From an uncultured Methanoregulaceae archaeon (GTDB lineage: Archaea; Halobacteriota; Methanomicrobia; Methanomicrobiales; Methanospirillaceae): a DNA stretch of 64,000 nucleotides. This document shows positions 31,546-41,069 of this stretch, piece by piece (position 1 is the stretch's first letter; each line of letters opens with the position of its first letter). The translations under genes were made by a program, and so were the position numbers. Under the pieces are notes generated by a model that did no database searches, was not told the origin of the DNA, and saw nothing but the letters and a program-made list of their open reading frames with translations. The DNA lies in contig OY969564.1 in assembly GCA_963701095.1 (NCBI GenBank), positions 2,208,001 through 2,272,000 of the forward strand. Reading direction: 5' to 3'.

Positions 31546-32232
31546 ATGAATACCCGGTTAGTGATCACTGTACTCATAGCCGCTCTTGCAGTGATCGTTA
31601 TTCTGGCCTTGGTTTTTTTCGGCCCTTTTCAGGGAATGGCACAAAATGCCAAACCGACATCCATTGCTGAAGTACGTTCATTCCAGGGACAGGATCTTTC
31701 GTCTATCAATGATTTTCGGGAGAATGCGATCAATGGCGTTCAGCATGTCAATATCTCCACATACCAGCTGACTGTTACAGGCCTGACCAACCGGACCGTT
31801 ACCTATTCCTATAACCAGGTCCTCACACAATTCCCGCATTATTCCAAGGTTGAGACCCTCCACTGCGTGGAAGGCTGGGATGTTACTATCCTGTGGCAGG
31901 GAGTCCGCGTGCGGGATCTTCTTAATGATGCTGGCATCGATCCCCGGGCAAATACGGTCGTCTTCACCGGTTCTGACGGTTATACAACTTCGTTTCCGCT
32001 TTCCTATTTTACCCAGAATGATATCCTTATGGCATACACTATCAACAATGTCACCCTCCCTGCAGAACGCGGGTATCCGTTCCAGCTTGTTGCCGAAAAC
32101 AAGTGGGGATACAAATGGATCAAGTGGATTGACCAGATACAACTGACCAATGATCCGACCTATCAGGGTTACTGGGAACAACGGGGGTATTCAGAATCCG
32201 GCGACCTGAACCAGAGTTTCTACTCAGTGTGA
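31546..32232 (+). CDS. Membrane-anchored sulfite oxidase-family molybdopterin oxidoreductase (MsrP/YedY-like)
   Basis: N-terminal TM; LHCVEGW, W.GV, LP.ERGYP..LV...KWGYKW.KWI, GYWEQRGY. Confidence 0.9.
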   Translation: MNTRLVITVLIAALAVIVILALVFFGPFQGMAQNAKPTSIAEVRSFQGQDLSSINDFRENAINGVQHVNISTYQLTVTGLTNRTVTYSYNQVLTQFPHYSKVETLHCVEGWDVTILWQGVRVRDLLNDAGIDPRANTVVFTGSDGYTTSFPLSYFTQNDILMAYTINNVTLPAERGYPFQLVAENKWGYKWIKWIDQIQLTNDPTYQGYWEQRGYSESGDLNQSFYSV

Positions 32233-32273
32233 TCTTATTTTGGCGGATGTCGTAGAGAAATCAGGGCTTTCGT

Positions 32274-32531
32274 CTAGGTTTTTCCCAGCATTTTGCGGCC
32301 TATGGAAACGATCCACCGCCGGTTCATGAAGAGGTGGAGAAACACAAAAAGCCCAAGCAGGATTCCGGACCAGTCATGGAGATCTGAAATAAATGCGGCC
32401 GGAAGAATAACTTCGTTTAACCCGGTTACCTGCAACAGAACGGAGAATTTCAAAAGTCCGGTAATAAAACAGATCATGAAAGTAATGCCCATGAGGAGAT
32501 CAACTACCCAGGTTACAACGAATCTGTCCAT
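32274..32531 (-). CDS. Small two-TM membrane protein (DUF4405-like)
   Basis: VDLL...F....ITGLL and LHDWSG.....V.LHL..N..WI with two His. Confidence 0.75.
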   Translation of the reverse strand: MDRFVVTWVVDLLMGITFMICFITGLLKFSVLLQVTGLNEVILPAAFISDLHDWSGILLGLFVFLHLFMNRRWIVSIGRKMLGKT

Positions 32532-32633
32532 CCAATCTTCGTTCTTCTTTTCCCATAATATGTTTTTTGTGCACAATCAGAAGTCTCCTTTAATCAGCGA
32601 TCCTTTTTTCCCTTCCCGCTCCACACGTTTTTT

Positions 32634-33190
32634 ATGCCCTACGATCCTTTCCAGGTCTACCAGCCTGAGGCTGATACGTTCCTGCTTCTCGGGGCTGCGC
32701 TTGCCGAAATCCGTTCCGGGGACCGTGTCCTTGAGATCGGCACCGGAACAGGCCGCATTGCAATGGCGATTGCGCAGAGCTGCGATGTCGTGGCTACGGA
32801 TGTCAATCCTCATGCGGCCCTCTGTGCTCAGCGAAACGGTCTCAAGGTAGTGCGAAGCGATCTCTGTGCCGGATCCGGGGCACATTCGATCTGATAATTT
32901 TCAATCCCCCCTATCTCCCAACCCAGCTTGATGAACGAATAGATGACTGGCTGGAATTTGCTCTTGACGGCGGTATCACCGGACGTGAAGTTATCAGTCG
33001 TTTTGCTCTCAGCGTGGGAAGCGTCCTTGCCCCTTCGGGCAGGATCCTGCTCCTTGTCTCCTCGTTGACCGGTATCTCTGAGGTCAGGGATCTTTTTGAA
33101 AAACGCCTTTTTATGGTAGAAATACTACGGCAGGAAATCGTAGAAGACGAGATACTTTACGTACTCCGGATTACCCGGGACGATGGCTGA
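32634..33190 (+). CDS. HemK2/MTQ2 family protein methyltransferase, split by a -1 indel at about 32873
   Basis: VY.P.ADT.LL, VLEIGTGTG; shifted frame continues FDLIIFNPPYLP..DDWLE.ALDGG..GR to TGA at 33190. Confidence 0.9.
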
Positions 33191-33353
33191 TTTTTTTCAA
33201 CAAAAAATACGAAGATATTTTTGATGGCCAGGAATTGGTCAGCCTCAATCTTTATAGGCTAAATTAAAACTATTTAAAGAAAAAAACGGCAATATCAAAG
33301 GCAGATTTTTCAATCGTTTTCCCACTTTACCCCCTTTTTACACAGGTAATCCC

Positions 33354-33944
33354 ATGGACACAACCACCACCGAAGATATCTCCCGTCTCCTGGATCAGTA
33401 CCGTACAGCTATACATGAAACACAGGATCACGCCGGGGAACGCTGTAGTTTCGGCAGGTTCCGGGCAGGTGCACCGTATTTCGCACGTCATGCACTTCTC
33501 CGGCACATGGGTTCACGCGGTGAAAGGTATCCTTTTACACCGTCGTTACAAAGAGAGTTTGAATCTATCAATGCGGATCTTGCGGTCCTTGAGGATGAGG
33601 GCGGCTGGGCATATCGCGAGGAACTCTTCTGCGACCTTATCGCCTATACTGAAGCCCACAGGTCATTAATGTGTTATCGAGAGCTTGGCATGTGCAATTT
33701 CGATAAAATCAAGAATCAACAATTCCGGGAAGAGATCACGGTTCTTCTTGAAGAACTCGAAGGGGAATTTTGTATAGATACTATTATGGCGCTCATCTGC
33801 TCCCTAGATGAAACGGCGAAATCCTTACATGAATCCATCCGGACAGATGCGGTTTTGCCCGAAGGAGCCGGGCATATACCTGTCTGGGAGGATCGGTTCT
33901 GTTTTAACCTGGCCGGTAAACGGACCGGCCTCCTGGAAGAGTAG
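33354..33944 (+). CDS. Hypothetical protein
   Basis: 196-aa ORF filling the intergenic space; no family recognised. Confidence 0.6.
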   Translation: MDTTTTEDISRLLDQYRTAIHETQDHAGERCSFGRFRAGAPYFARHALLRHMGSRGERYPFTPSLQREFESINADLAVLEDEGGWAYREELFCDLIAYTEAHRSLMCYRELGMCNFDKIKNQQFREEITVLLEELEGEFCIDTIMALICSLDETAKSLHESIRTDAVLPEGAGHIPVWEDRFCFNLAGKRTGLLEE

Positions 33945-34730
33945 TCACACAATCAGCCGGCGTCGCATCATGTTGATTGAGATAATACAGAAAAACACCG
34001 TGGCAACAAGTATCCACGCGATATTCAGAAAGATCAGGCTGCCTGTTGCGGGAAGCGTGGCCATCCGCATGAGCGAGACAAGATGGGTAAGGGGAAAAAT
34101 TGCGAGGGCAATGTACTGGAAGATTACCGGGAGTATAGTAAGCGGGAAAAACGTACCCGAGAATAACATCATCGGTGTAATAAGCAGAAACGAGGGGTAA
34201 TTGAGCGTATCGATAGTGGGGGTAATCGCGGTAAAGCACATCGCAATGCCGGCGAAGGTAAGCCCGCCGAGAAAAGCAAGAGGGATAGTGAGAAGCGAGA
34301 AAGGAAGGGATACTACCCTGAATACCACAAGCACCGGCAGCATGATGGTGACCGAGATAACCGCTCTTGTGGCACCCCAGAGGAGTTCCCCAGCGATGAC
34401 GTCTTCAATCGAAAGTGGCGTTGCGATAATCGCATCAAAACTTTTCTGGTAATACATTCTCACGTAGGAACCATAGGTGCATTCGAAGAATGCAGAGTTC
34501 ATCGCCGAGATTGCAAGTACAGCAGGAGCAATAAAGTTGATGTACGGTACACCGTCGATTGTGCCAACATAGGTCCCGATCCCAAGACCGATGGCTGATA
34601 AATACAGGAATGCTTCAATTAACGGCGGGAAAAAATTCACTTTCCAGGTCTTTATAAATACATCAAGGTTCCGGCGCCAGACCTTCCCTGCACGTCGTGA
34701 GATCCGGGGAATTGACACTATGGATGACAT
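33945..34730 (-). CDS. ABC-2 type transporter permease (NodJ-like)
   Basis: Y..FIAP..LA..AMN, DAIIATPL...D...GE..W, FSGTFFP. Confidence 0.92.
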   Translation of the reverse strand: MSSIVSIPRISRRAGKVWRRNLDVFIKTWKVNFFPPLIEAFLYLSAIGLGIGTYVGTIDGVPYINFIAPAVLAISAMNSAFFECTYGSYVRMYYQKSFDAIIATPLSIEDVIAGELLWGATRAVISVTIMLPVLVVFRVVSLPFSLLTIPLAFLGGLTFAGIAMCFTAITPTIDTLNYPSFLLITPMMLFSGTFFPLTILPVIFQYIALAIFPLTHLVSLMRMATLPATGSLIFLNIAWILVATVFFCIISINMMRRRLIV

Positions 34731-34732
34731 GT

Positions 34733-35647
34733 TTACTCCCTCAGTGTCCTTCCGGTCAGTTTTAAAAAGACATCCTCAAGTGTCGCCGGCCTGGTACTCA
34801 TCCTGCTGTTTTTACACCGGTCGAGGAGTGTTTTTGCAAGCTCCCGGGACGAATCCGTTGCTACCTGTACCTGCTCGCCGAGGCTTTCGAACGAAACTCC
34901 CAGCTCCGAAAGACAAGCGGTCACTTCGGGCGTATTATCCATTTCGATGATCTCGCTACCTACATGGTCCCGGACCAGTTGGGCGGGGGTTCCTTCGACA
35001 AGGAATGTACCATGGTCCATAATAACCAGCCTGTCGCAGAGCCGGGCAGCCTCGTCGAGATAATGGGTCGTGAGCACAATGGTATTTCCCTGTGAACGGA
35101 GCAACCGGAGGCGGTCCCAGATGAGGTGGCGTGCCTGCGGGTCGAGACCAATAGTCGGCTCGTCAAGGATGAGCAGATCCGGGTTGTTGATAAGCGCCCG
35201 GGCAAGAATAAGCCGGCGTTTCATACCTCCGGAAAGTTTGTCGATACTTATTTTTCGTTTCTCGGTAAGTGATACAAACGCAAGAAGGTTCTCCGCTCGT
35301 TTCTGTGCCTCGGTTTCCGGGATATCGAAGTACCGGGCAAAGGTAAGCAGGTTCCCTTCAGTAGTAAAATCAGGATCAAGGTTTGTCTCCTGGGGGACTA
35401 CGCCGATCCTTTGTTTGATCTCTGCCGGGTTTATAGCGGGATCCATGCCAAAAACCCGCAGGGTGCCTGATGTCCGGGGTGAAACGCACTGGATCATCCG
35501 CATTGTTGTGGTTTTTCCCGCCCCGTTTGGCCCTAAAAATCCAAAAATCTCCCCTTTCTGGACACTGAACCGGATGTGGCTTACCGCAGTGGTGTCATTG
35601 TACGTCTTTGTCAGGTCGTCGGCTTCGATTATCCCGGGCATCGGCAT
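34733..35647 (-). CDS. ABC transporter ATP-binding protein (NodI-like)
   Basis: GPNGAGKTT, LSGGMKRR, ILDEPT.GLDP, LTTH. Confidence 0.95.
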   Translation of the reverse strand: MPMPGIIEADDLTKTYNDTTAVSHIRFSVQKGEIFGFLGPNGAGKTTTMRMIQCVSPRTSGTLRVFGMDPAINPAEIKQRIGVVPQETNLDPDFTTEGNLLTFARYFDIPETEAQKRAENLLAFVSLTEKRKISIDKLSGGMKRRLILARALINNPDLLILDEPTIGLDPQARHLIWDRLRLLRSQGNTIVLTTHYLDEAARLCDRLVIMDHGTFLVEGTPAQLVRDHVGSEIIEMDNTPEVTACLSELGVSFESLGEQVQVATDSSRELAKTLLDRCKNSRMSTRPATLEDVFLKLTGRTLRE

Positions 35648-35688
35648 AACCTCGTATCTTTGTACTGCCCATCCATGGTACGATCATA

Positions 35689-36162
35689 TTATTTTCTTTT
35701 ATTCAGCATCTGCAGAGAGCGGGATACAGCATCCCGGACATTTTCAAAGGGATCAGCTGCTGCCCCGGCGAGTGCATCTATCGCCCGGGTGTCACCGAAT
35801 CTTCCCAGCACCTCGGCAGCACCGGCCCGGATACGATCATCCCGATCTGCCAGACATCCTATGAGGGGAATGACTGCACGCCGGTCCTTCAACCGGCCGA
35901 GGGCTGCAACAACGCCAGCCCGGACCTCGGTATCTCTGTCGTTCAGCGCCGCAATTAGCCCCGGCACTGCACGATCGTCGTTTAATCTCCCCAATGCACG
36001 TGTTACCTCCCGGCGGACAGACGGGTGGTCATCACCCAGGGCTTTAACCAGTGGCATTACTCCAGCCGGGTCGCCGGATTGGCCCAAAGTCGCAGCAGCG
36101 TCGCGCCGTCTTTTAATCGTCGGCGAAGTCAGGTCTGTAATCAGCGGTGAGATATCGGTCAT
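35689..36162 (-). CDS. HEAT/PBS-lyase repeat protein
   Basis: Repeats of L.D.D..VR......LG.L.D.RAV..LI; ATG at 36162. Confidence 0.88.
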   Translation of the reverse strand: MTDISPLITDLTSPTIKRRRDAAATLGQSGDPAGVMPLVKALGDDHPSVRREVTRALGRLNDDRAVPGLIAALNDRDTEVRAGVVAALGRLKDRRAVIPLIGCLADRDDRIRAGAAEVLGRFGDTRAIDALAGAAADPFENVRDAVSRSLQMLNKRK

Positions 36163-36173
36163 AGATGGTGGGA

Positions 36174-36521
36174 TCAGCGGTCGCACTCCTGGCCCGACTC
36201 GTATGCTGCGATTACTTTCTTTGCCATTTCCGGAGAGATCCTGTCGTGAACAAGTTTTACGAGAGCTTCAGCATCTTCGGGCTCAACACAGCCAAGACCC
36301 TCTTCCCCGGTCAGAATTTTTTCGGTAATATAGGTCAGTTCATCATCTGAAAGCCGGCTGATCCGTCCGGTGAAATCTTCTGCACTTTCCGCAAAATGGT
36401 TGGAGACCGGTGGCAGGATCGCGTGAAACTGGTGCCCCGATCCGCCACAGGTAAGATCTCCGCATTCGGGTGCAAGTTTTTTTAAGATTACAATATCTTT
36501 CTCACTGAGTTCGCGTGCCAT
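36174..36521 (-). CDS. Hypothetical protein
   Basis: 115-aa ORF co-oriented with neighbours; GGAGGG RBS upstream. Confidence 0.7.
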   Translation of the reverse strand: MARELSEKDIVILKKLAPECGDLTCGGSGHQFHAILPPVSNHFAESAEDFTGRISRLSDDELTYITEKILTGEEGLGCVEPEDAEALVKLVHDRISPEMAKKVIAAYESGQECDR

Positions 36522-36605
36522 GGTTCAGAAATCCCCTCCGGGAAGTAAGTCATGTATCATCTGATGAGCGTTCAGGCGCATCATTTACTAAAAAAAGACT
36601 GGTGA

Positions 36606-37004
36606 TTAGAAGTATTTATTGATCCATTTTTTTATACTGGCAAGAATGCCCGAGTTGCTGCCGGAGGAAGATTTTCTCTGGGATGAGCGGCCCGGTTGAG
36701 GCTGGGGTCGGCTGGCCTGCATGGTTGGGGGATGGGAAACGGTTCGTCTCTGGGTAGGTTCTGACCTCTCCGGAATGTCCCGTATAGTGCTGTGTGGTTC
36801 CTCTGCCTCGGGTTCAAAACCCCACGAAAATCCAACCTTATACGCGTTCTCATTCTGGCGGATCCAGTTTGCCGCTGCCATATAACCCCGGTCTTCTGCC
36901 CGCTTAACCGTGTCCTGGGTATCCAGGGTGAAATGGATCTCCCGCTCAAGTGCGACCAGCTCTTCATACACATTGCCTGGAACCTTAATCTTCTCCCTGC
37001 TCAT
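36606..37004 (-). CDS. Hypothetical protein with low-complexity Pro/Ser C-terminal half
   Basis: 132-aa ORF, no family recognised. Confidence 0.6.
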   Translation of the reverse strand: MSREKIKVPGNVYEELVALEREIHFTLDTQDTVKRAEDRGYMAAANWIRQNENAYKVGFSWGFEPEAEEPHSTIRDIPERSEPTQRRTVSHPPTMQASRPQPQPGRSSQRKSSSGSNSGILASIKKWINKYF

Positions 37005-37212
37005 AGTAATCCATATAGGGATATGCAGGGATACGATATTTAATATTTCCTCATAAAACGCGCAGATATGCGTTAAATCTACGAACCGGTAAAAAAAAGA
37101 GCGTCAAAAGCCGCAAAACCGCTCACTCGCACAAGATTGATACTCCCGCTCGTAAAACGTAGTTAACAGGAATAAGTCCGGGGCAGGTCAGCTCCTCAGG
37201 GGAAAACAGTTC

Positions 37213-37401
37213 ATGACAACCGTTGTTTTTGTTGATGATGATTTCCGGCGGATGCCCCGCACGGATATGGCGAAACTCCAGAGAATCATTGCATCCGGGA
37301 AATTCGGCACACACAAAGTGTCGTTCGGGGATCGCTCTCTCAATGTAGAGATTAAAAAACAGGGTGATAAGATCACCGTTAGTATATCGAAGGTAATCTA
37401 A
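37213..37401 (+). CDS. Small hypothetical protein
   Basis: 62-aa ATG ORF with protein-like composition. Confidence 0.5.
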   Translation: MTTVVFVDDDFRRMPRTDMAKLQRIIASGKFGTHKVSFGDRSLNVEIKKQGDKITVSISKVI

Positions 37402-37499
37402 AGCATCCTTATAATAAGGAATATTGGTATCATAGCAATGCTTATATGAAATACCGGAAAAATAAAAGTCAAATAATGAAATAAGGGAGAATACAACCT

Positions 37500-37874
37500 A
37501 TGCCAGGTAAAAAGGTACTATATTTTACTGAAAAGGACATGGAATTTACCGATCTTCTTATCAGGATAGGGCTCCAGAGGACTGTCGCAACCGTACTGGT
37601 ATTCCTTGCAAACACTTCTGAAGCCTCCTCCCGGGATATCGAACGCGGTACCGATCTCCGCCAGCCTGAGGTAAGTCTAGCGATGCAGTATCTCCAGTCA
37701 CAAGGCTGGATTTCAAGCAGGCTTGAAAAGACGGATTCAATCGGTCGGCCGCAGAATCTTTTCAGTCTCTCAAAACCTATAGCAGAGATAATAGATCTTA
37801 TCCAGACCGAAAAAGAAAACGAGATACGGAGAAAAATCGCCCTTACTCAGAAAATCCGGAATTATATTGAATGA
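37500..37874 (+). CDS. Winged-HTH transcriptional regulator
   Basis: SRDIERGTDLRQPEVS.AM..L...GWI....GRP...F.L. Confidence 0.85.
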   Translation: MPGKKVLYFTEKDMEFTDLLIRIGLQRTVATVLVFLANTSEASSRDIERGTDLRQPEVSLAMQYLQSQGWISSRLEKTDSIGRPQNLFSLSKPIAEIIDLIQTEKENEIRRKIALTQKIRNYIE

Positions 37875-37894
37875 AGGGTACTCTTTTCTTTAAA

Positions 37895-37916
37895 GGCCGG
37901 TGAGGGATCACTGGCC
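37895..37916. terminator. GC-rich hairpin at convergent gene ends
   Basis: GGCCGGTGA-GGGA-TCACTGGCC stem-loop with one G-U pair. Confidence 0.4.
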
Positions 37917-38069
37917 GTGTTCATGTTCCGCAGAATACAGGAGCGCTTTTACCAGAAAATAAGCAAGTACGGCCGCAATTAAAAGAAGGGCAACTGCAAG
38001 AAGGATTCGTTCCTGCGGCGGAATTACCAGGGACAGGTATGCATGGTTGGCGAGCATGGGAAAACTCAT
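37908..38069 (-). CDS. 53-aa single-pass membrane microprotein (not in ORF track)
   Basis: Manual translation MSFPMLANHAYLSLVIPPQERILLAVALLLIAAVLAYFLVKALLYSAEHEHGQ; clear TM helix. Confidence 0.5.
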   Translation of the reverse strand: MSFPMLANHAYLSLVIPPQERILLAVALLLIAAVLAYFLVKALLYSAEHEHGQ

Positions 38070-38235
38070 CTGCCGAAATGTACTCTCTGTGGTGTTTTAC
38101 TGTCTCAATCCTTAAAAAAGTGATGGCTGGCTTTCTCCTTTAATCGGATCTTTCAGATGTTTTTCGGTCCCCGGATATTTACCTGTGTCTGAAGTATTCT
38201 TGGATTCTGCCAAACGATAAAGAAAGATAAGGGTT

Positions 38236-38796
38236 TTATTTTCCGGCAAACTTTTTGCCTGCAGAAAATGCTTTCTCGATCTCCTTTCCCACGCCGAAAT
38301 ACGTGGCCTGTGTGTAAATAACCGGGTTGATTTTTGCTATATCCGGTTTCCCTTCAGTCAGACAGGATGCATCAGCATGGATCTCTGCGATTTCGCCGAT
38401 TATCAGGATGTGGCTTCCACATTCTACCGATTTAAACAGCTTGCATTCAATGTTGACCGGGCATTCCGCAGCCAGGGGGGCAGTTTTGAGCTTGCCATAG
38501 AACGACCGGAACACCCCGCTTTTGTCCTGTTGTGAACCGGAGACAAGACCGCAGTGATCGGTTTCGATTACCTGCCGGGTTGACGGAATATTAAGACTGA
38601 ATGTTTTATTCTCGTCGATCCCTTTCATGGTATACCGTATTTTGTTAATCGCTACACAGACCATGGGAGGTGCCATGCACGCAACAGTTGACCAGGCTGC
38701 GGTCATGTAGTTTGCCTTCCCCTTCACGTTCGTGCCCACGAGAACGGTGGGCATAATACTCATGTATGGCATAGGGCCGATAGCTACCTTTTCCAT
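38236..38796 (-). CDS. Flavoredoxin/flavin reductase family protein
   Basis: N.MTAAW, PP...V, FS.NIP, CG.VSG...DK, ECPVNIECK, GSH...IGEI. Confidence 0.9.
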   Translation of the reverse strand: MEKVAIGPMPYMSIMPTVLVGTNVKGKANYMTAAWSTVACMAPPMVCVAINKIRYTMKGIDENKTFSLNIPSTRQVIETDHCGLVSGSQQDKSGVFRSFYGKLKTAPLAAECPVNIECKLFKSVECGSHILIIGEIAEIHADASCLTEGKPDIAKINPVIYTQATYFGVGKEIEKAFSAGKKFAGK

Positions 38797-38939
38797 AGAG
38801 ATTCGCCGGTTTCCGGTGGGCGAAGGTGGTTTTTAAGGGTATCTATGATAGCGGTTTGAATCTGTGCAAGAATGCGCCGGGATACCTTTCCTACACAACA
38901 ATGAAAAAATGGACCTGTCGGGAAACACTAAAAAAATGA

Positions 38940-39227
38940 TTATTGGTTATTGGCATCCGATGCCGGGTTTTCCTGGACGACCTGGCGCAACAATTTACGG
39001 AATTCATCATCATGGCGGGCGAGATTGAAGAACACGCTGCGCATCGTTGCCGGAAACTCTTCGGCATGCATATCATAGAACTGGCAATAAAAGGTGCAGG
39101 CGTCTATGATCACGTCCTCGCGGTTAAGGTACTTAAGTTTTGCAATGGTATCGATCTTTTCAATAAGCGCATTGGGAATCTTCAACGAGATCAACGTTTC
39201 GCCATAATCCATGTTTTCAGCTCTCAT
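38940..39227 (-). CDS. CopG/ribbon-helix-helix-like protein
   Basis: ISLKIP..LIEKID.IA....LNREDVI..A pattern; start at 39227 or 39212. Confidence 0.7.
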   Translation of the reverse strand: MRAENMDYGETLISLKIPNALIEKIDTIAKLKYLNREDVIIDACTFYCQFYDMHAEEFPATMRSVFFNLARHDDEFRKLLRQVVQENPASDANNQ

Positions 39228-39388
39228 TTTTAAGGATAAGAACCTATTGCCGGAACGCAAAACCCCTTCGAGCCGGATGGAGAGGATACGTCCTAGTCTG
39301 AAGGGTGCATAAAGCGTGCAGTTTTTTTTTAACGACAACCCGGAAATTTAATAGGAACCCCTATATCCCATAAGTGTTTTTTTAGATC

Positions 39389-40219
39389 ATGGATGATGCT
39401 CAAACGTGGTTCAACGAAGGTGTTACTCTCTATGAAAAGAGCGATTACCGGCGTGCAATAACCGCATTTGATAAAGCCCTGGCCGCTGATCCTACCCTGG
39501 CCGAGGCCTGGAATAACCGGGGTCTTGCTCTTATCCAGACGGGTGATTATGAGGAAGCCAGGCGATCTATCCAGAAAGCGTTATCGCTTAATCCCCATTA
39601 CGAAAATGCAAAAAAAGCACGGAATATTGTTCTCAGGCTTTTAAAAGACCAGGAAAATACAGAAACGGCGCCCGATGCATCCAAAGTCACACCGCCTCAG
39701 GCTCCTGATGGTAAAGGACCGAAACGTCCCGTGGTCCTTGTCACACTCATCTTCGTGGTCCTCCTTATAGCAGCAGGTGGCATCATTGCTGTGAGACATA
39801 TGCAGGGTTCAGGAGGCTTTTTTGCACAGGTAACCCCCACACCTGTATTAACGCCAATACCAACTCCTGTAGCAACCCTGACTCCCGGACCGACATCGAC
39901 AAAACCGGCAGTGCCTTCTTCAGGAGTCTGGGTGGAAATCAAGTACGACCGTTCCTATTCAGGGACTGTGGGGATACCCGGCAACGTGCAGATGCTTTCC
40001 GGCAGTACGCAAATGCAGCCAAATACCGGCGACCAGTTCTACCAGATCGAGCGAAATAATGGAATTATTTATGCATCTGTTACCAAGAACGACGGATCCG
40101 GAGATCCGCTGACGGTAAATATCTATAAAGATGGTACGCTTATCAAAACGGATTCTACTATGAAACCCTATGGGGGTCTTGATGTAGTGGGAGTTCTTTC
40201 GACACCAACGGTTCAATAA
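39389..40219 (+). CDS. TPR protein with TM helix and extracellular domain
   Basis: WFNEG..LY....Y..AI..FDKAL..DP..AEAWNNRG; central TM; Pro/Thr linker. Confidence 0.85.
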   Translation: MDDAQTWFNEGVTLYEKSDYRRAITAFDKALAADPTLAEAWNNRGLALIQTGDYEEARRSIQKALSLNPHYENAKKARNIVLRLLKDQENTETAPDASKVTPPQAPDGKGPKRPVVLVTLIFVVLLIAAGGIIAVRHMQGSGGFFAQVTPTPVLTPIPTPVATLTPGPTSTKPAVPSSGVWVEIKYDRSYSGTVGIPGNVQMLSGSTQMQPNTGDQFYQIERNNGIIYASVTKNDGSGDPLTVNIYKDGTLIKTDSTMKPYGGLDVVGVLSTPTVQ

Positions 40220-40411
40220 TCATCTGTCAGCAGTACCTGAAACCGCTCCGTCTGAAACCTGATCTTTCCATTTTTCACCCGATTGTGTGTTTTTGGTGTA
40301 AAGGTGATGGAACCGCGTATCGGTGCTCTTCAAAATATATATTTAGTTCATCAAATCTATATACTTTAGAAATAATATAGTGTTTAGAAGCATCGCAGGA
40401 GTGAATGAGCA

Positions 40412-40759
40412 ATGCCTATGATTGGTTTATACAGGATCCATCAGGAGCAGATAAAGAAAGTCGAGCAGAGCCTAAAAGCTCCTTTCCAGATTCATAAGGG
40501 GGATACAGGTACAGGTAACCCCCAGGTAAAAAAACCGGAACACATGAGACAGAAATCCCTTTCCGGTGAAAGGGAGCTTGGCCGCAATGTATCCGGTAAC
40601 AAACGGGTGTGCATGGATCCCCCGACACCACCCTCATCTCCGGTACCCGCACTCCGGTGCCTCCGCTGCAACACCCGCATGCCTGAACTGGATTTTCTCT
40701 ATACCAATAAGTCCGGCTTATGCATCTGCTGCTGGGAAGAACAGGAGGCGTGCATATGA
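40412..40759 (+). CDS. Hypothetical protein with C-terminal zinc-finger-like motif (true start may be the ATG at 40613)
   Basis: RCLRC...GLCICCWE. Confidence 0.45.
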   Translation: MPMIGLYRIHQEQIKKVEQSLKAPFQIHKGDTGTGNPQVKKPEHMRQKSLSGERELGRNVSGNKRVCMDPPTPPSSPVPALRCLRCNTRMPELDFLYTNKSGLCICCWEEQEACI

Positions 40760-40947
40760 GCATGAAAAAGAAAAAAGCAAAGAAATCATCATCACTGACA
40801 CCCGGATCTAATCCTGCACAACAACCCGCGCTTCCTCTCTCCCGGTCTTCACAAAAATCCGGTCCCGCGACTGTTGACACTTCAGGGGGCTCTCTGTTGG
40901 GGAAGGTAAAGTCTTATTTACTATCCGGTAAACCCGCAGAAGCCTAA
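40756..40947 (+). CDS. Small basic hypothetical protein
   Basis: AGGAGG RBS; ATGA overlap with upstream ORF; MSMKKKKAKK. Confidence 0.45.
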   Translation: MSMKKKKAKKSSSLTPGSNPAQQPALPLSRSSQKSGPATVDTSGGSLLGKVKSYLLSGKPAEA

Positions 40948-41069
40948 AGACCTCGTCAGCAGACAGAAGGACACAATAAAAACTGATTAGTTCCCGAACG
41001 GATGGAGGGTCCGGTCCACCCGTCGGTGACGCAGCTTTATTTCAATATTATCTTAGGTCTGCAGGACTG

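Noticed and set aside
35070..36328. Long plus-strand ORFs (264 and 250 aa) and similar antisense ORFs elsewhere
   Set aside because: They are shadows of well-supported opposite-strand genes (ABC ATPase, HEAT-repeat protein)
40993..41026. Imperfect GC-rich hairpin as a possible ncRNA
   Set aside because: It lies between convergent gene ends, so a terminator-like structure is sufficient
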